Shown here piece after piece: positions 1-12,784 of a DNA stretch of 64,000 nt. The stretch's first letter is position 1. The number at the start of each line of letters is the position of its first letter. The notes beneath the pieces were generated by a model. The model saw nothing but the letters and a program-made list of their open reading frames with translations. It ran no database searches and had not been told where the DNA came from. The position numbers and the translations under genes are program-made. Origin of the DNA: Squalus acanthias. Lineage: Eukaryota. Location of the stretch: the NCBI GenBank assembly GCA_030390025.1, contig CM059432.1:19594001-19658000 (forward strand). The letters run 5' to 3'.

Positions 1-1270
1 AAAGTTTCTCATAAAACATCAATTTAAACAGAGATATCGTAATGACCCAGGGATCTATTGGCCTAACATCTGTTGTTCGTCAAGTGTTAGAAGACAACCT
101 GAAAGAAGGGATAATGAAACATCAAGATGGGTAGGGTATGGTAAGATGGAATCAGCATAGATTAACGGCAGGGAGCTCTTGGCTAACATATTTACTGCAA
201 TTCTTCAACGAAATGACAGACCTTGTTGACAATGGAAATTCTGTGGCGGCGATATATTTACATTTAATCAAGGCATTTAATATCGTGTCACACAGGTGAT
301 TAGTCCATAAGGTAAGAAGGCAAGGGAATAGGGGCAAGTTTCTGAGGTGGACTGAAAATTGGCTGAAACAAAGACAGCCAATAAGGGTGGTTGTGAATGG
401 AGCTACATCAATATGGAAAGGATTTATTAGTGGGGTGCCACAGGGATCAGTGCTGGGCCTTTGAGGCTTGCTGTGAGTTTCGATGATTTGGAGCTGGGAA
501 CCAAAATAAAGCTCGTCTCAAAGCACTTTACAGCCAACATGAAATTGGGAGGTTTTTCAAGCAATAGCAACAGACAAACCAAACACAAAGGGATCTGGTT
601 AGACTATCAGCATTTAATGTGGACGAATATAAGGTCGTGAGACAAGGACAGATAAACAAACATTGGTAATATAAACTAAATGACTCTCGGCTACTGGACA
701 CAGCACAGGAAAGAAAGAAAGAAAGACTTGCATTTATATAGCGCCTTTCATGACCACCGGATGTCTCAAAGCACTTTACAGCCAATGAAGTACTTTTTGA
801 AGTGGAGTCACTGTTGTAATGTGAGAAACGCAGCAGCCAATTTGCGCACAGCAAGCTCCCAGAAACAGCAATGTGATAATGTTTTTGTTATGTTGGTTGA
901 GGGATAAATATTGGCCAGGACACTGGGGATAACTCCCCTGCTCTTCTTTGAAATAATGCCATGGATTTTTTTACGTCCACCTGGGAGAGCAGACAGGGCC
1001 TCGGTTTAACGTCTCATCCGAAAGACAGCACCTCCGACAGTGCAGCACTCCCTCAGCAGTGCACTGGAGTGGGAGCTCTGGGTATTCATGGAGTAGCTCA
1101 TCAAAACCAACAGTAGCAATAAGAAAAGTTAAGCAGATCTTGAGATGTGTAGTCAAAGGAATAGAGCACAAATCCCAGAAGATAATCCTGAGTCTATACA
1201 CAATGCTGATACTGCCGTACCTGGAGTACAGTGTACAATTCTGCACATTGTACTGCAGCAAAGATATCCA
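1..1270 (+). mobile_element. Old degenerate CR1 LINE ORF2 (RT) fragment, interrupted by a SINE
   Basis: Decayed CR1 motifs: gggtgccacagggatcagtgctggg (GVPQGSVLG) near 433; ORF 1059-1298 reads LYTMLILPYLEYSVQFC, matching CR1 LYxxLVRPHLEYCVQFW. Confidence 0.8.
708..1071 (-). mobile_element. Deu-domain SINE (SacSINE1-like), 5'-truncated
   Basis: Reverse complement of the full copy at 60478-60940; (GAAA)n tail at 708-726. Confidence 0.8.
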
Positions 1271-1523
1271 AGCATTTCCAAAATTTCCTGGGCTTTAAAA
1301 GATAAGAGAAGTGAGCAAAATACTCACCAACCAACTAATCACTCACTCTTTTCTCTGTGATGTCACCTTTTATTTTTCTCCGAATGCAGTTGGGGGTGTC
1401 ACGGAGCCGAACTCCCGTTGGTTCTCTGTCCTCTCTCGTGCAGCTTTTTAACTCCTACAGAAAAAGAAGAAAGGAGCACCTCCCTCCCCAAACTTCCTTA
1501 CTCACCAAACTCTAAGGTTTACA

Positions 1524-2388
1524 GGGGGAGAAATTCAGTATCGCCCCGTTTGGGGCGCGATTATCGGCCGGGCGCAAAGTTTAGCGCCTGGCGCTAATTA
1601 TCGCCTCCAACTAAAAACTTGGCTTTTATCGTCCCTGGAGGTGATTGGAGCTCTAAATCAGGTGCTGCACACCTGTCTTAAGACGCAAAGGCCGAGGAGC
1701 GAGGCGCTAACTCAGAGCGCTGGCGAAGCTCATGTGATGTCAGTCAGCAATGGAACACAGACACAATGGCACGGGCCAGTTCTTAAAGGGGAGGGTCGAT
1801 CTTGCTCTCCATCCACATCCTGCTCATTGCAGCCTTGAATCTAGGCCTGGAGAGACCTGTACATCAAATCTGTTGGAAAGAACAATGGAGAGGCCCAGGG
1901 AAAGAATTCAGAGTGCAGCCCCCATAATCTCTTCTAAATCGATGCAAGGAAGATCAAATCAAAAAGAACCTGCAAAGTGCTGCTCAGTACCCAAAACTCC
2001 TCAACACAGCTTTGAATTTCTCCTGCAGTCTCTCTCTCTCTCATTCAGAATGCGTGGTGAAAAAATTTTGCCGACAAAAAAAGGCAGGAAGCGGTCGCCT
2101 TTAAATAACGCTCCCCCAGTCCCTTCCCGACTGCAAAACGCTCCCCTCAACCTGTCGTTGCTAGCGGCAGGCGGTAAGACAGGGGGTGCCACTCAATATC
2201 TGGTCCGGGGCACTACCGTTGTACGCTCGATTGATGTCACGATCTGAGGGCGCGGGAGATCGCAAAATGTCTTGTCAATTTCGTGAGCGGCGCAAACATC
2301 GCCACGCACGGGCGCTAGCTGCTTTGCGCCCCATTAGCTCCCTCTTAAGGCGCTAACGAGAGGCACAAACCAACCAAATTTTTTCCCC
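1524..2388. mobile_element. Non-autonomous PIF/Harbinger element, family A copy 1
   Basis: TIRs gggggagaaattcagt / accaaattttttcccc; TSD ACA (1521-1523, 2389-2391); colinear with 43095-43987. Confidence 0.85.
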
Positions 2389-2730
2389 ACACTCTTTTCC
2401 AAGCTGCACTCTGTGACAAACTGCATTCTAGCCTCCCTTATTTATACTACTGATATTTAAATAAGTGAGCTCTCTGGCAGTTACAGAACCAGATTAGGCC
2501 AGTTAATGAATTAACTACTCTCACCTGCTCTCCAGCACAGAGCTTGCTTAGCCTTGCCCAAGCCTGGAAGAAACTTAAAACTTGAAACAGTAAATTTAAG
2601 TTAAATGCTAATGGCAAGCACACAAGACTAGATTTTATTTTAAAAAATAGATTAACCCTTAAGATTCACTCCCTTACTCACCAAACTCACAGGTTTACAC
2701 TCGCTGCACTCCATGACAAACTGCACTCTC

Positions 2731-2880
2731 CAACAACAACCATATCAACAATATCAACAACTTGTATTTATATAGCGCCTTTAACATAGTAAAACGTCCC
2801 AAGGTGCTGCACAGGAGTATTTTAAGACAACACATTTGACACCGATCCACATAAGGATAAATTAGGGCAGGTGACCAAAC
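2731..2880 (-). mobile_element. L2-type LINE/SINE 3' end
   Basis: (CAA)n tail followed by cttgtatttatatagcgcctttaac; reverse-complement match to 33770-33945. Confidence 0.65.
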
Positions 2881-3106
2881 TGAGGCTGTGGCTTGCTGGT
2901 CCTGCCCACTTGCTGCCACACCTATTGTCACCTGCACAGATGGCTGGGTGCACCTGATGTGGGGTCCCCTTGAAAGACAACAGCCTTATCAGTGCCCTCT
3001 CCATACTTGCCACTGCTACTAGGCACTTCCTCAACATGTCCATAGATCTATGTGGTAGTAAACCTGAGGGCAGCAATAGGATGCATGAAGCCCTGCCTCA
3101 TGGATT

Positions 3107-3647
3107 CATAGAATCATAGAATGGTTACAGCACAGAAGAAGGCCTTTCAGCCCGTCGAGCCCATGCCTGCTCTCTGCAAGAGCACTTCAGCTAGTCCCAC
3201 TCCCCTGCCCTTTCCCCGTAGCCCTGCAATTTTTTTTCCTTCAGGTACTTATCCTTTTGAAAGCCGTGATTGAATCTGCCTCCACCACCCTCTCAGGCAG
3301 TGCATTCCCGATCCTAACCACTCGCTGAGTAAAAAAGTTTTTCCTCATGTCGCCTTTGGTTCTTTTGCCAATCACCTTAAATCTGTGTCCTCTGGTTCTC
3401 GACCCTTCTGGCAATGGGTACAGTTTCTCTCTATCTACTCTGTCCAGGCCCCTCATGATTTTGAACCCCTCCATCAAATCTCCTCTCAATCTTCTCTGCT
3501 CTAAGGAGAACAACCCCAGCTTCTCCAGTCTGTCCACGCAACTGAAGTCCCTCATCCCTGGAATCATTCTCCTAAATCTTTTCTGCACCTTCTCGAAGGC
3601 CTTCACATCCTTCCTAAAGTGTGGTGCCCAGAATTGGACACAATACA
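3107..3647 (-). mobile_element. CR1 LINE 3' end
   Basis: ORF 3241-3753 contains YCVQFWAPH and FFTQRVVRIGNALP; (CATAGAAT)n tail. Confidence 0.92.
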
Positions 3648-3859
3648 CCAGATTGTATGAATGATTAGGATGAGCAGAGTAAAAAAAAATCCAGTTGTGA
3701 GGAAATACTTTGTGAAATGCATACTTTAGGCAGCTGGTTGGTAAAGGATGCAAAAATTGAGCACTAGTACATAATTAGGTTTTAGCATGGCAAACCGGTG
3801 TTCATTATACACAGGACTGATTATATTACCTCCATTCCTCCTCCATGTTAACAGTACAA

Positions 3860-4680
3860 GACCCAGAAAACATTCATATTGAGCTCAAACAATGGTTTGC
3901 CCATTCATTATCATCTCCTGCTTTCTGTTATCAAACCAATTTCTATCCCAGTTAAATAATTCCATCTGCTTTTATTTTCTTTAAAAAAATTCAGATGTAT
4001 AATAGTTTATTAAATTCCTTCTGAAAATCTAAGTACGTTTGCTACTTATCTCTCATCCATTAATTCAGTTACACCTCAAAGAAAACTGGTAGATTTATGA
4101 GCCCAGATCTATTGCTCTGTGCTATTTGGATGAACATTAATAGTATCCCATAAAATGATCTCAGAATATTTGCCACTACTAATGCTGTATTAACTGGTCT
4201 TTAATTCCCTCCATGCCTGACTCATTTTTTTGAATATTGTGATGAAGTGAATCCTATCGTCCTCGGGTACAGCCTTTATATTTATGGAGCTCGTAAAAAT
4301 ATTTGTCTCACTCTTTTCCTTGAGCATTCCAGTATGTATCCTGGAATATGTGCCCTTTAAACATTTTACAAGATCACATGATAATTATGGATGAGGTAGG
4401 CCATTCAGCCCATCCAGAAAGTACCTACTGCCCCCGCCTCCCCCCAGCCTATTTCAGCATCAATATTGTTTCTTAAATGATTCCAGGAGTTTTGTCTCCA
4501 CCACTCTATCTGGAAGTTCATTTCATGTGTTGATCACTCTGTGCATGAAGAAGAACTTCCTGGCATCAGTCTTAAATTTGCTTTTCACTAGCTAAACCCG
4601 TGTTCCCTTGTCCCACTCTCGAACTTTTCCATTTCATTAACCATCTCAGATATCTCTGTAAATCACCTCTCAGATGGAAG
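3860..4680 (-). mobile_element. Highly degraded CR1 fragments
   Basis: Residual reverse-strand CR1 RT-like and 3'UTR-like words (gtaggccattcagccc, gaagaagaacttcct). Confidence 0.5.
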
Positions 4681-5426
4681 GGATAATATTCCACTTCAGC
4701 ACTCCAGCCTGCTATTTCTCTGTAGTTTTTGTCATGGTTTTTAGTATTCATGTTAGTTATCCTCATCTGACATTTCTATAATTCACAATCCTCATTTTCA
4801 CTTGTGATCGGACAGCCCCTTTAATTATTAACAGGAGTTCTGCCCATTCCTCTGTCACTGTTGTGCCACAAATGTGCAATTGAAGTATATATAAACCTAG
4901 TATTTATATTCACCTAGCAGCACATCAATCACTAAGGCACTGAACAATATTCTTTCATTTGTGCCATGATTGTCAAAATAGGTAGCATAAAATCTTACCC
5001 TTTGGTCACTGTAGTGGCGCTTTGTATTTGCTCGGTGCTATGGAGCAGGGACAGGCATGGGTTTGTGTCCAGGTTTGTTGGGCACAGGTTTAAGTTAGTT
5101 GTTGAACTGACTAGGGTTGAGTGGGAATGCAGAGAGCAGCATCTCCCAGTAGAGCACACAGGCAAGATCAGAGGCGATTCTAAGCAACAGTCTCCAGTTT
5201 TTTCAGCTGCAGGAGGCCGGGAAGACCAATGGGGGAAAAAAAAGGGACTAAAAGTAAAGGGGGAAAACTTACGCAAAATATGAAAATAAGATTTTTTTTA
5301 AATGAACCTTTTGTAAGAATTATGTGTAATAAGGAATACTATAATATGAAGCTGCATCTGCTACTAAAACCTAGTGTGTCTCACAGCACTCTGAACATGT
5401 GTACTTGGGGTCCCTTTTTATATATT

Positions 5427-6189
5427 GGGCCAGAAATTCGGCTTTCCGGCTTCCTGCGGGTGCAAGCATCGCGCGCGTACTTGCCTACCGCGCCTGCCAT
5501 TGTGCTTTGGGACCACGAGGACTTCGGCTCCTGGGCCTCCTACAGCTGCTGACGCGCAGTGCTTGCGTATCCCAGGGGGGCAGTTAGTTCGAAGCGTCCC
5601 CTGGGATCACGTGGGCCATGGAGAGCCAATCCTAACAGGGCATTTTCATTCATAGATTTGACAGGAAGACCTGTCAAATCTATGAATAGAGATCGGCCCC
5701 AAAACCACACTTAAACGTCAAATAATTTTTTTTAAACCATCACATTTTAAAAATAACTATAAGTTACATAAATTAATACGTTAAACAAAAATTTAAATTT
5801 TTGAAAAAATTAATTATACTTTTTAACGGTGCTAAAAATAAACTTACCTTTCTTTAAAGTATCTAAAAAAGATAAACCTGTTGAAAAAATGTTTAAATTG
5901 TAATTAATTAACCACTTACCTTGTTAAAAACAGGTCTTGCACCTCCTTTTTAAATGTGCAGCTTCTCCATACTTACCCTCCCGGAGAAACCTGAAAAAAA
6001 AAATGAAGTTCGCTGCGTGCGCGCAGCCTCTCCCGCGCAGGTGTTCGACTTCTGAACCCCTCCCTTCAGGGGAATGGAAGTTCCGGTTTCCCGCGCATGC
6101 GCAGTGCATGCAGGAAACCGGCACTTCAGGTGGCCTTACGGGTGAGTACACAGCGCGTACTCACCTGACAAGAGCCGAATTTCTGGCCC
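5427..6189. mobile_element. Harbinger-type MITE, family B copy 1
   Basis: Perfect 17-bp TIR gggccagaaattcggct; internal hairpins; inverted homolog at 47812-49627. Confidence 0.85.
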
Positions 6190-6293
6190 AATATATCCAG
6201 CTGGCAGCATTAGCATTAAGACAAGAGTCTTACAATATTTATATATCATTTTAAATTGCATTATCAAATTCCAACCTCTTTCCCTGCAACATT

Positions 6294-8059
6294 GGCCAGA
6301 ATTTTCCGGGGAATCAGCAGGCAGGATCGGTGGTGGGTTGGGTGGGAAATTTGATTTTTTTGACAGCAGGTCAGGACCCCGCTGTCAACCCGCTGCAACG
6401 CGCCTTTTTCAGTGTCGGGTCTGTCAGCACTGAGCAGAACTGACAGGCAGTGGCAGGCAACCCAATTAAATTCATTAGCATATAGTTGACAGATCATTAA
6501 CAGGCTTTTTTAACTTAACCTTTTCACTTCAACTTCATGGCCACGGGAACCACGCTGTTCGGGGACCACGGCTGTCAACCTGAGGCGGGAGTTCAGTGGC
6601 CATTGCTCCAGCTGATTACTTGACAGCTTCAAATGTACAGTAAAAGCTCCCACCTGACAGATCATCAATTTCCTCAGCCACAAGCTGTTTCTCAGTCTTA
6701 TTTCCAGCACAGATTCTGCAGGCTTTCCACTTTCACTCTCCATCCACTCTCACCTCATTGGAAGAACTCTCTCACCATTGACAGAATGCTTCTGTCAACT
6801 CTACTTCACCTGCCATCTATTCCATCAACATGGGTGCCCTTTATACTGTCTCACCTTGGTCCTCAGAATCCCACCACGATCAGCCCCAACAACAGCAGCA
6901 CCAGGCACACCAGCAACACCAACAACAACACCAACCTTCTCCGCAATAACTTGATGCTGCACAGGACACAGGGCATCAGCAGCTGAGTACATTGCTGCTG
7001 GGAGGCTGTGGATGCCAGGGAAGATTTACTTCACTTGACGCTGTACACCCTGCTGACACATGATGCGCCAGGTTGGTACCACCCCACACCAACATCATAA
7101 CACATCCCTACAGTGTGCAAGCTATTCCTTTCACACTCACCACCATTGTGGGGGGTACCGTTATGCCTCACCATTCACTGCAACTCACTAAGCCACTTCC
7201 AAAGGTTCACACAAATCTGTCCAAGAGCGCAAAGTGTTGAAAATAAAGGTTTTAACGTTTGATAGCACATTAATAGAAACTTTACTTGAACATTGGATAA
7301 AAGACCCAAGTGGCTACACTTGTGTGTTATTAGTTGGTATGATGGCACTAGGATAAGGGTGAGTGTGAGAGGTGGCTAGTGAGATGGGGATGTGATAATG
7401 TCGATAGAGAGAGAGGGATGGGTGGATGTGCAAGTTAAGTTGGTGTGAGTAAGGATGTGCAGGAGTAGGGTAGAAGGCAGAGTGATGGGGATGTGATGAG
7501 AGGCACAGCAGGATGAAGGTGAGTGTGGCTTTGTACTAACGTTTCATGATCTACTTAGATCATTGAAAGGTTTGCGCCACTGCACCCAGATCCTCCTGAC
7601 GACATCCCTGCTTGTGACCTCCTCTGCAAAGTGCAATCAGGCTGTGTTGGTCTCCTGGGGAGGACTCTTCTGCCCATCAGAAGGGAAGAGGACCTCCCTG
7701 CGTGCTCTGACTCCCTCCATAAGCAAATGGAGGGAGTCATGGGAGAACCTGGGTGCAGCCCTGCACCTCTGTGCAGTGATTGTCAGTGTTTGTAGCACTT
7801 CAATGCAGTAGAACACTGACAGCACAAATGTTAAAAGAAAGTTGGCCATGGTCCCTTTAAGGAAATCGGCTGATGATGTGTCATGAATGACGTCGCCAGA
7901 CCTGCTTCCTCTAATTGGTCCGGGAAACACGCTGGGCGGGCTTAACAAGCCCTATCAATGGAAAATCATTTTCCAGAGCGGATGGAGCCAGCAGCGGGGT
8001 CGGGACCTGCCGCCGAAGTCGCCCGCCCCAGACCCGCCGAGGTAAGGAAAATCTCGTTC
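6294..8059. mobile_element. Internally deleted Harbinger with Myb/SANT exon-1 remnant on the minus strand (~7540-7785)
   Basis: Ends ggccagaattttcc / ggaaaatctcg; minus-strand peptide AAPRFSHDSLHLLMEGVRARREVLFPSDG, homologous to the exon at 15507. Confidence 0.75.
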
Positions 8060-8940
8060 ATCAACTCTCATCCAAATCTCTTCCCATTGAATGGCATTCA
8101 TTCTAGTTACTCAGTCTCCCTGCCTCTCTGATGCCCATCAAACACTCAAAATCCGAGTTATTCAAATATCTGCATATCTTGGAGGCTATAAACACAAGAT
8201 TGCTTTGGGACTGTGGGACTTTTGCTGTAATTTGGAAAGAGTTCCTCATGTGCAAATTATGATACAATACTTTAAATTGGAAGCAACCATTTCTTCTTTA
8301 TTTAACAAACACAACCGAATCCCTTAACCAGATCATCTGTTCTTCCTCTCTTTCCAGAATATAATTCTGCTTCCAACCTGCCCTGGAAAATTGATAATAT
8401 CGGCTTCAGTATATGTGGGCTAGGAAGGGTAAAAATCAGCATGCTAATCACTATCACATGACTCCTACTGCAAAGTATTCAAGTTCATGTGCATCAACAT
8501 TTATAGTTGTTGCTTCATTTCATTGTCAAAGTTAGATATCATTTTCAATATGTAATTTGGAGATATTTAGAGATATTTCCCTATCTCATTGAAATAATAG
8601 GGCTAGAAATTCGTTATAGCCAAGGAATGTTTAGACTAAAAATGGTTAAGTAGCACCAGTTGAAAATTGTCTAGACTGCATGCAAAATTCGTCCTCACTC
8701 CTCATTAAATGATTGCAGTCATGTTTCTCATCTAAAAACCCAAGCTCATTGGCCTTACACTGAAAAGATGGACCAATATTGGGTGCAGTCTAAATGCAAG
8801 TAATGATTGCCCCAAGTTTTTTTCACTACTTAACGGGGAGGTCCATTGATGCTGCAGTACCTCATTCTCAGCATTGTTGGGTGTACAGCTGTCTCAACAA
8901 CCATAAGAAGAAAAACAAAGAAAAGAAGCACTTATTTACA

Positions 8941-9187
8941 AATGCTGATAGCAGATCGCCGCCCAAGGGAGATAACCCGGAGGTTTTCCGAGGAAGCTTT
9001 GGAGGCATTGGTTTTAACGGTGGAGAGAAGATGGGCGGTCCTGTACCAACTGTCAGGAGGCCCTCGCCACAAGTCTGCCAGACTATGTGGAGGGAGGTGG
9101 CACACCACATCACGGGCAGCACTGTGGTCTCCAGGTCCCACACCCAGTGCAGGAGGAAGTTTAACGAGCTCACATGGGTGGTCAGGG
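8941..9187 (+). pseudogene. Harbinger Myb/SANT DNA-binding protein exon 1, frameshifted
   Basis: RFSEEALEALVLTVERRWAVLY in one frame, WREVAHHITGSTVVSRSHTQCRRKFNEL in another; donor agg|gtgagt at 9188. Confidence 0.8.
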
Positions 9188-9540
9188 TGAGTGAAGGCTT
9201 CAACAAATGCAACTTACCACCATCTGTACCACAAGCTTCACACACTGTTCAATGTACCACACCCCCAGCACTCACCCACCAACAATCTCTACCTAGCAAC
9301 ACTCACACCCACATCTCACACCTTGCACAAATTGACAGCTATTCAACTATGGCAGGTGCAAGGATCATTAGTTATTAGAATTCATTTAATATGTGTATAG
9401 ATACATTTATTAATGGTGTTTGGAATATTTTGTGGTCTCTCTCATTTCACCTTTGCGCCCAGGAGAATGCTGTGATATGGCATGAGACAGGGATGGTATG
9501 ATGGGGATGTGGTGACCAATAGAGATCTCTAGGGTTTCAT

Positions 9541-10090
9541 TCATTCGAATTGCAGTCTGATGAGCCAGTCACGGACAGCCCGTCTGGAAGGCCGATTGTC
9601 TCTCTGCCTCCTCCCTCCCTCCTGTTCCTCCTCCTCCTCCTCGCCCACCTCCTCATCCTCCTCTGCTTCATCATCCTCCTGAGGTGGTCCCGGAATCCCT
9701 GCTGGCAAGGGCTGCGCCCTCATGATGGCCAAGTTGTAGCAGACCACCACGAAATGGGACACCTGCTCTGGCGAGTACTGGAGGGCTCCTCCAGAGCGGT
9801 CAAGGCAGCGGGACCGTTGCTTCAATAAGCCAATGGTCTGTTCGATCAAGTTCCTAGTGGCAGCATGGCTCTCATTATAGGAGTGTTGGGGTTGCGGAGG
9901 GGAGTCATGAGCCAGGTGGAGAGCGGATAGCCCTTGTCTCCGAGCAGCCACCCTCGAGCTTGATGTGGTGGTGGGAAGAGTGCTGGCACACTGGTCTGGC
10001 ACAGGATGAAGGCATCATGGCTGCTGCCAGGATAGCGGGCATTGACATTGAGGATTCACTGTGTGTGGTCGCACACCAACTGCACATTAA
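9541..10090 (-). pseudogene. Harbinger (HARBI1-like, DDE_Tnp_4) transposase C-terminal remnant
   Basis: NVQLVCD...[13 protein letters not shown]...[10 protein letters not shown]...[27 protein letters not shown]...LQYSPEQV, with frameshifts. Confidence 0.9.
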
Positions 10091-10544
10091 GTAAGTGAGT
10101 GATTTTTAGCAAGTGTTGTACTTTGAAGCCTTTCAGAAATAATGAGGGAGTTTTGTACTTGCCAGAACACTCCCTGATACCAAGGAACCTTGAAATGAAT
10201 AAGGAAAACTCTTCCAGTAGCAGTAAGTAGCACACAGCCACTCAAACTGCAAAAACCCTGACAGGTGTGAGTGATTGATGAGGATCCCTTTAAATAGCAT
10301 CACTGCAGCTGGCTTCCTGCTGCTGCATGTCACCTCAACCTGTCGTTGCTTTCTCCAGCCGGTAAGTACTTTGGCTAAAATTAAGTTGGGAGATCGGGCA
10401 TCCAGTGAGCACTGCACATGCACTGACGTCACGATCTCCATCATGGCGAGCTGCTGGAACCGGCATCAGTTATCGTTACAGCTGTCAACGGCACTTTAGC
10501 ACCATCTCCTGGCACTAACATGTGGCCACACAAATTTCTCCCCC

Positions 10545-10915
10545 ATAAGATTCTGTGGGGGATTGACAGGGCAGATGCTGAGAGATTGTTTCCCCTGGCT
10601 GGGGAGTCTAGAACTGGGGCACATAGCCTCAGGATAAGGGGTCGGCCTTTTAAGTCTGAGATGAGGAGGAATTTCTTCACTCAGAGGGTTGTGAATTTTT
10701 GGAATTCTCTGCCCCAAAGTGCTGCGGATGCTCAGTCATTGAGTATAGTCAAGGCTGAGATAAATAGATTTTTGGACTCTAGGGAAATTAAGGAATGTGG
10801 GGATAGGGCAGGAAAGTAGAGTTGAGGTCAAAGATCAGCCATGATCTTATTAAATGGCAAAGCAGGCTCGAGGGGCCGTATGGCCTACTCCTGCTCCTAT
10901 TTCTTATGTTCTTAT
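10545..10915 (+). mobile_element. CR1 LINE 3' end
   Basis: ORF 10520-10819 RRNFFTQRVVNFWNSLP; ttcttatg tail. Confidence 0.92.
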
Positions 10916-11384
10916 CTTCATCAGTAACTGGCAATGAATCAATTGGGCAATCCATTTGAACTAGCTTACATTAGCCAAAAGGCACTGAAAATAACATTTG
11001 TTAGCAGGAGATGAACTGCTGAATGCTGTTTTAAATCTTAATAAAAGTATTCCTTTCACATTAAACTTTGGATTACAAAGAAGCCTAAAACAAGTTCAAG
11101 ATAAGAGCAGTACTATAATCACTTAGGTGACATATCAGAAAGAGATGGCAGGGGAGAAATTCGTGTTCGCCAGCAAAGTTGCCGGTGACAAAGTTAACCG
11201 CCACCGAAAATGTGGTCAATGCTAACGGAGCAAAATTGGTCTGGGGGGATGGAGATTGGTGGTGCAGCGCCTACCTGCCGTGCAACGCCATCCTGGTGAT
11301 GTTGCTGGAGTCAACTGAGACGAAGTTCCAGTGCAGGAGTTGGAGTTGGAGTTTCGTACAGCCTCTGGGAGCGAGGCTTTTTTA

Positions 11385-11560
11385 AAAATTCATTTAATGG
11401 ATGTGGGCGTCGCTGGCAAGGCCAGCATTTATTGCCAATCCTGAATTGCCCTTGAGAAGGTGGTGGTGAGCCGCCTTCTTGAACCGCTGCAGTCCGTGTG
11501 GTGAAGGTACTCCCACAGTGCTCTTAGGGAGGGAGTTCCAGGATTTTGACCCAACGACGA
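11385..11560 (-). mobile_element. LINE/SINE 3' tail (CR1/L2 group)
   Basis: Near-identical to 52620-52800; the same tail ends the SINE at 32743-33180. Confidence 0.75.
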
Positions 11561-12784
11561 TGATGTGGAGCTCGCAAGGGATTGTGGGTAATGAAGAGGT
11601 CTGAGAATTAAAGGGGCCATGCACACTGAAGCAATACAAAATAAAATGAAGTGAAACAATGCAGTTTTCAGCCCTTCCTGCCTTTTAAAAATATTTAACA
11701 TTAAAAAGAAGTCCTAAATGTGAATGTTCAGCTCTTAAATCTGAATTACCTTCCTAACCTCATCAAATGGGAAAAATACCTCAGTACTGACACAAATGGC
11801 TCAGCAAGCTAGGGAAGGGGCACCCAGGGTCTCGCATGCAGGACTCCAGCCTTGTGCAGGGGGTCAACACTGCAAGACAGGCCCTCTACCCACAAGGGCC
11901 AGGAGGCCCTCCAGAAAGAACGATGTGGGGGTACATCACCGAGGCCATCACTGCCAGCAGTGTCACCCCCAACACTTGGCTCCAGTACCCAAAGAAGCTT
12001 CATGACCTCAGACCACTGGTCAGGGTCAGTGAATGCATCTTCAATGGCCTTCTCCTACCAACTGCCTCACAAACTGCTCAATGCATGACTCCCACCCCCA
12101 ATCACTCACCTACCAACATTCTGCACCAATCACGAGACATATCTCCCATTCCTAGCCTCACCTCACCTCCTTGGAGGAGACGGTGCAGGCCATTGTTGGC
12201 AGAAGCATGGCTGAGCCCTTGGCCAGCGGCAGGGCTGAAAGGATACAAGATGCTGGTATCCTCATACGTTATCCTCCTTCTGGCATGCACCTCATGCTTT
12301 CCCGCCCTCCTGTCATCACAACTCCACCCTTGTGCCTTCCTTATTTCACACACCCAAGAAATGCAGACTGCCCAGCCAGCGGTTGACCAAGAAAAGGGAA
12401 AGGAGAGTGAAGAAGAAGAAGAACAAGCAGAAGATGATTGATTTGACACTCCCAGCCACCAGCTCTTAACTGACCAGCTGACCAGCACAGTCAACCAGCA
12501 AGGACATTTGCAGTGTCCCCCACTGAAAGTCAGCAGCCTTCCACCAGCTATGCTGCAGCCACTGGGGTAGCACTGCGTGACATCAGTAGGATAGACAAAG
12601 GCACACACAAGACACTCACTAAGAGAATGAGTTGATTTCTTGATGTCACATTGGATGGATAGATGTATATAGGTGGATTGGAAGGTTGGCTTTGTGGTGG
12701 CCTTTATTTCAGCATCGTGGCCAAGAGGACGTTGTGATGGTCAGTAACAGATGGAAGGTAAGGTGTGGGACTACTGATGAAAGG

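Larger units (their letters stand above)
8600..10544. mobile_element. Harbinger element with convergent Myb and transposase remnants, inserted in a CR1
   Basis: TIRs gggctagaaatt / aatttctccccc; TSD ATA; flanks rejoin as CR1 ctcattgaaa..ataagattctg. Confidence 0.88.

Noticed and set aside
1750..2247. 165-aa ORF also open in the sister copy (43321-43701)
   Set aside because: Lies in a non-autonomous Harbinger; MERPRER looks like a stranded Myb start, stop positions differ, and shared openness is explained by common descent.
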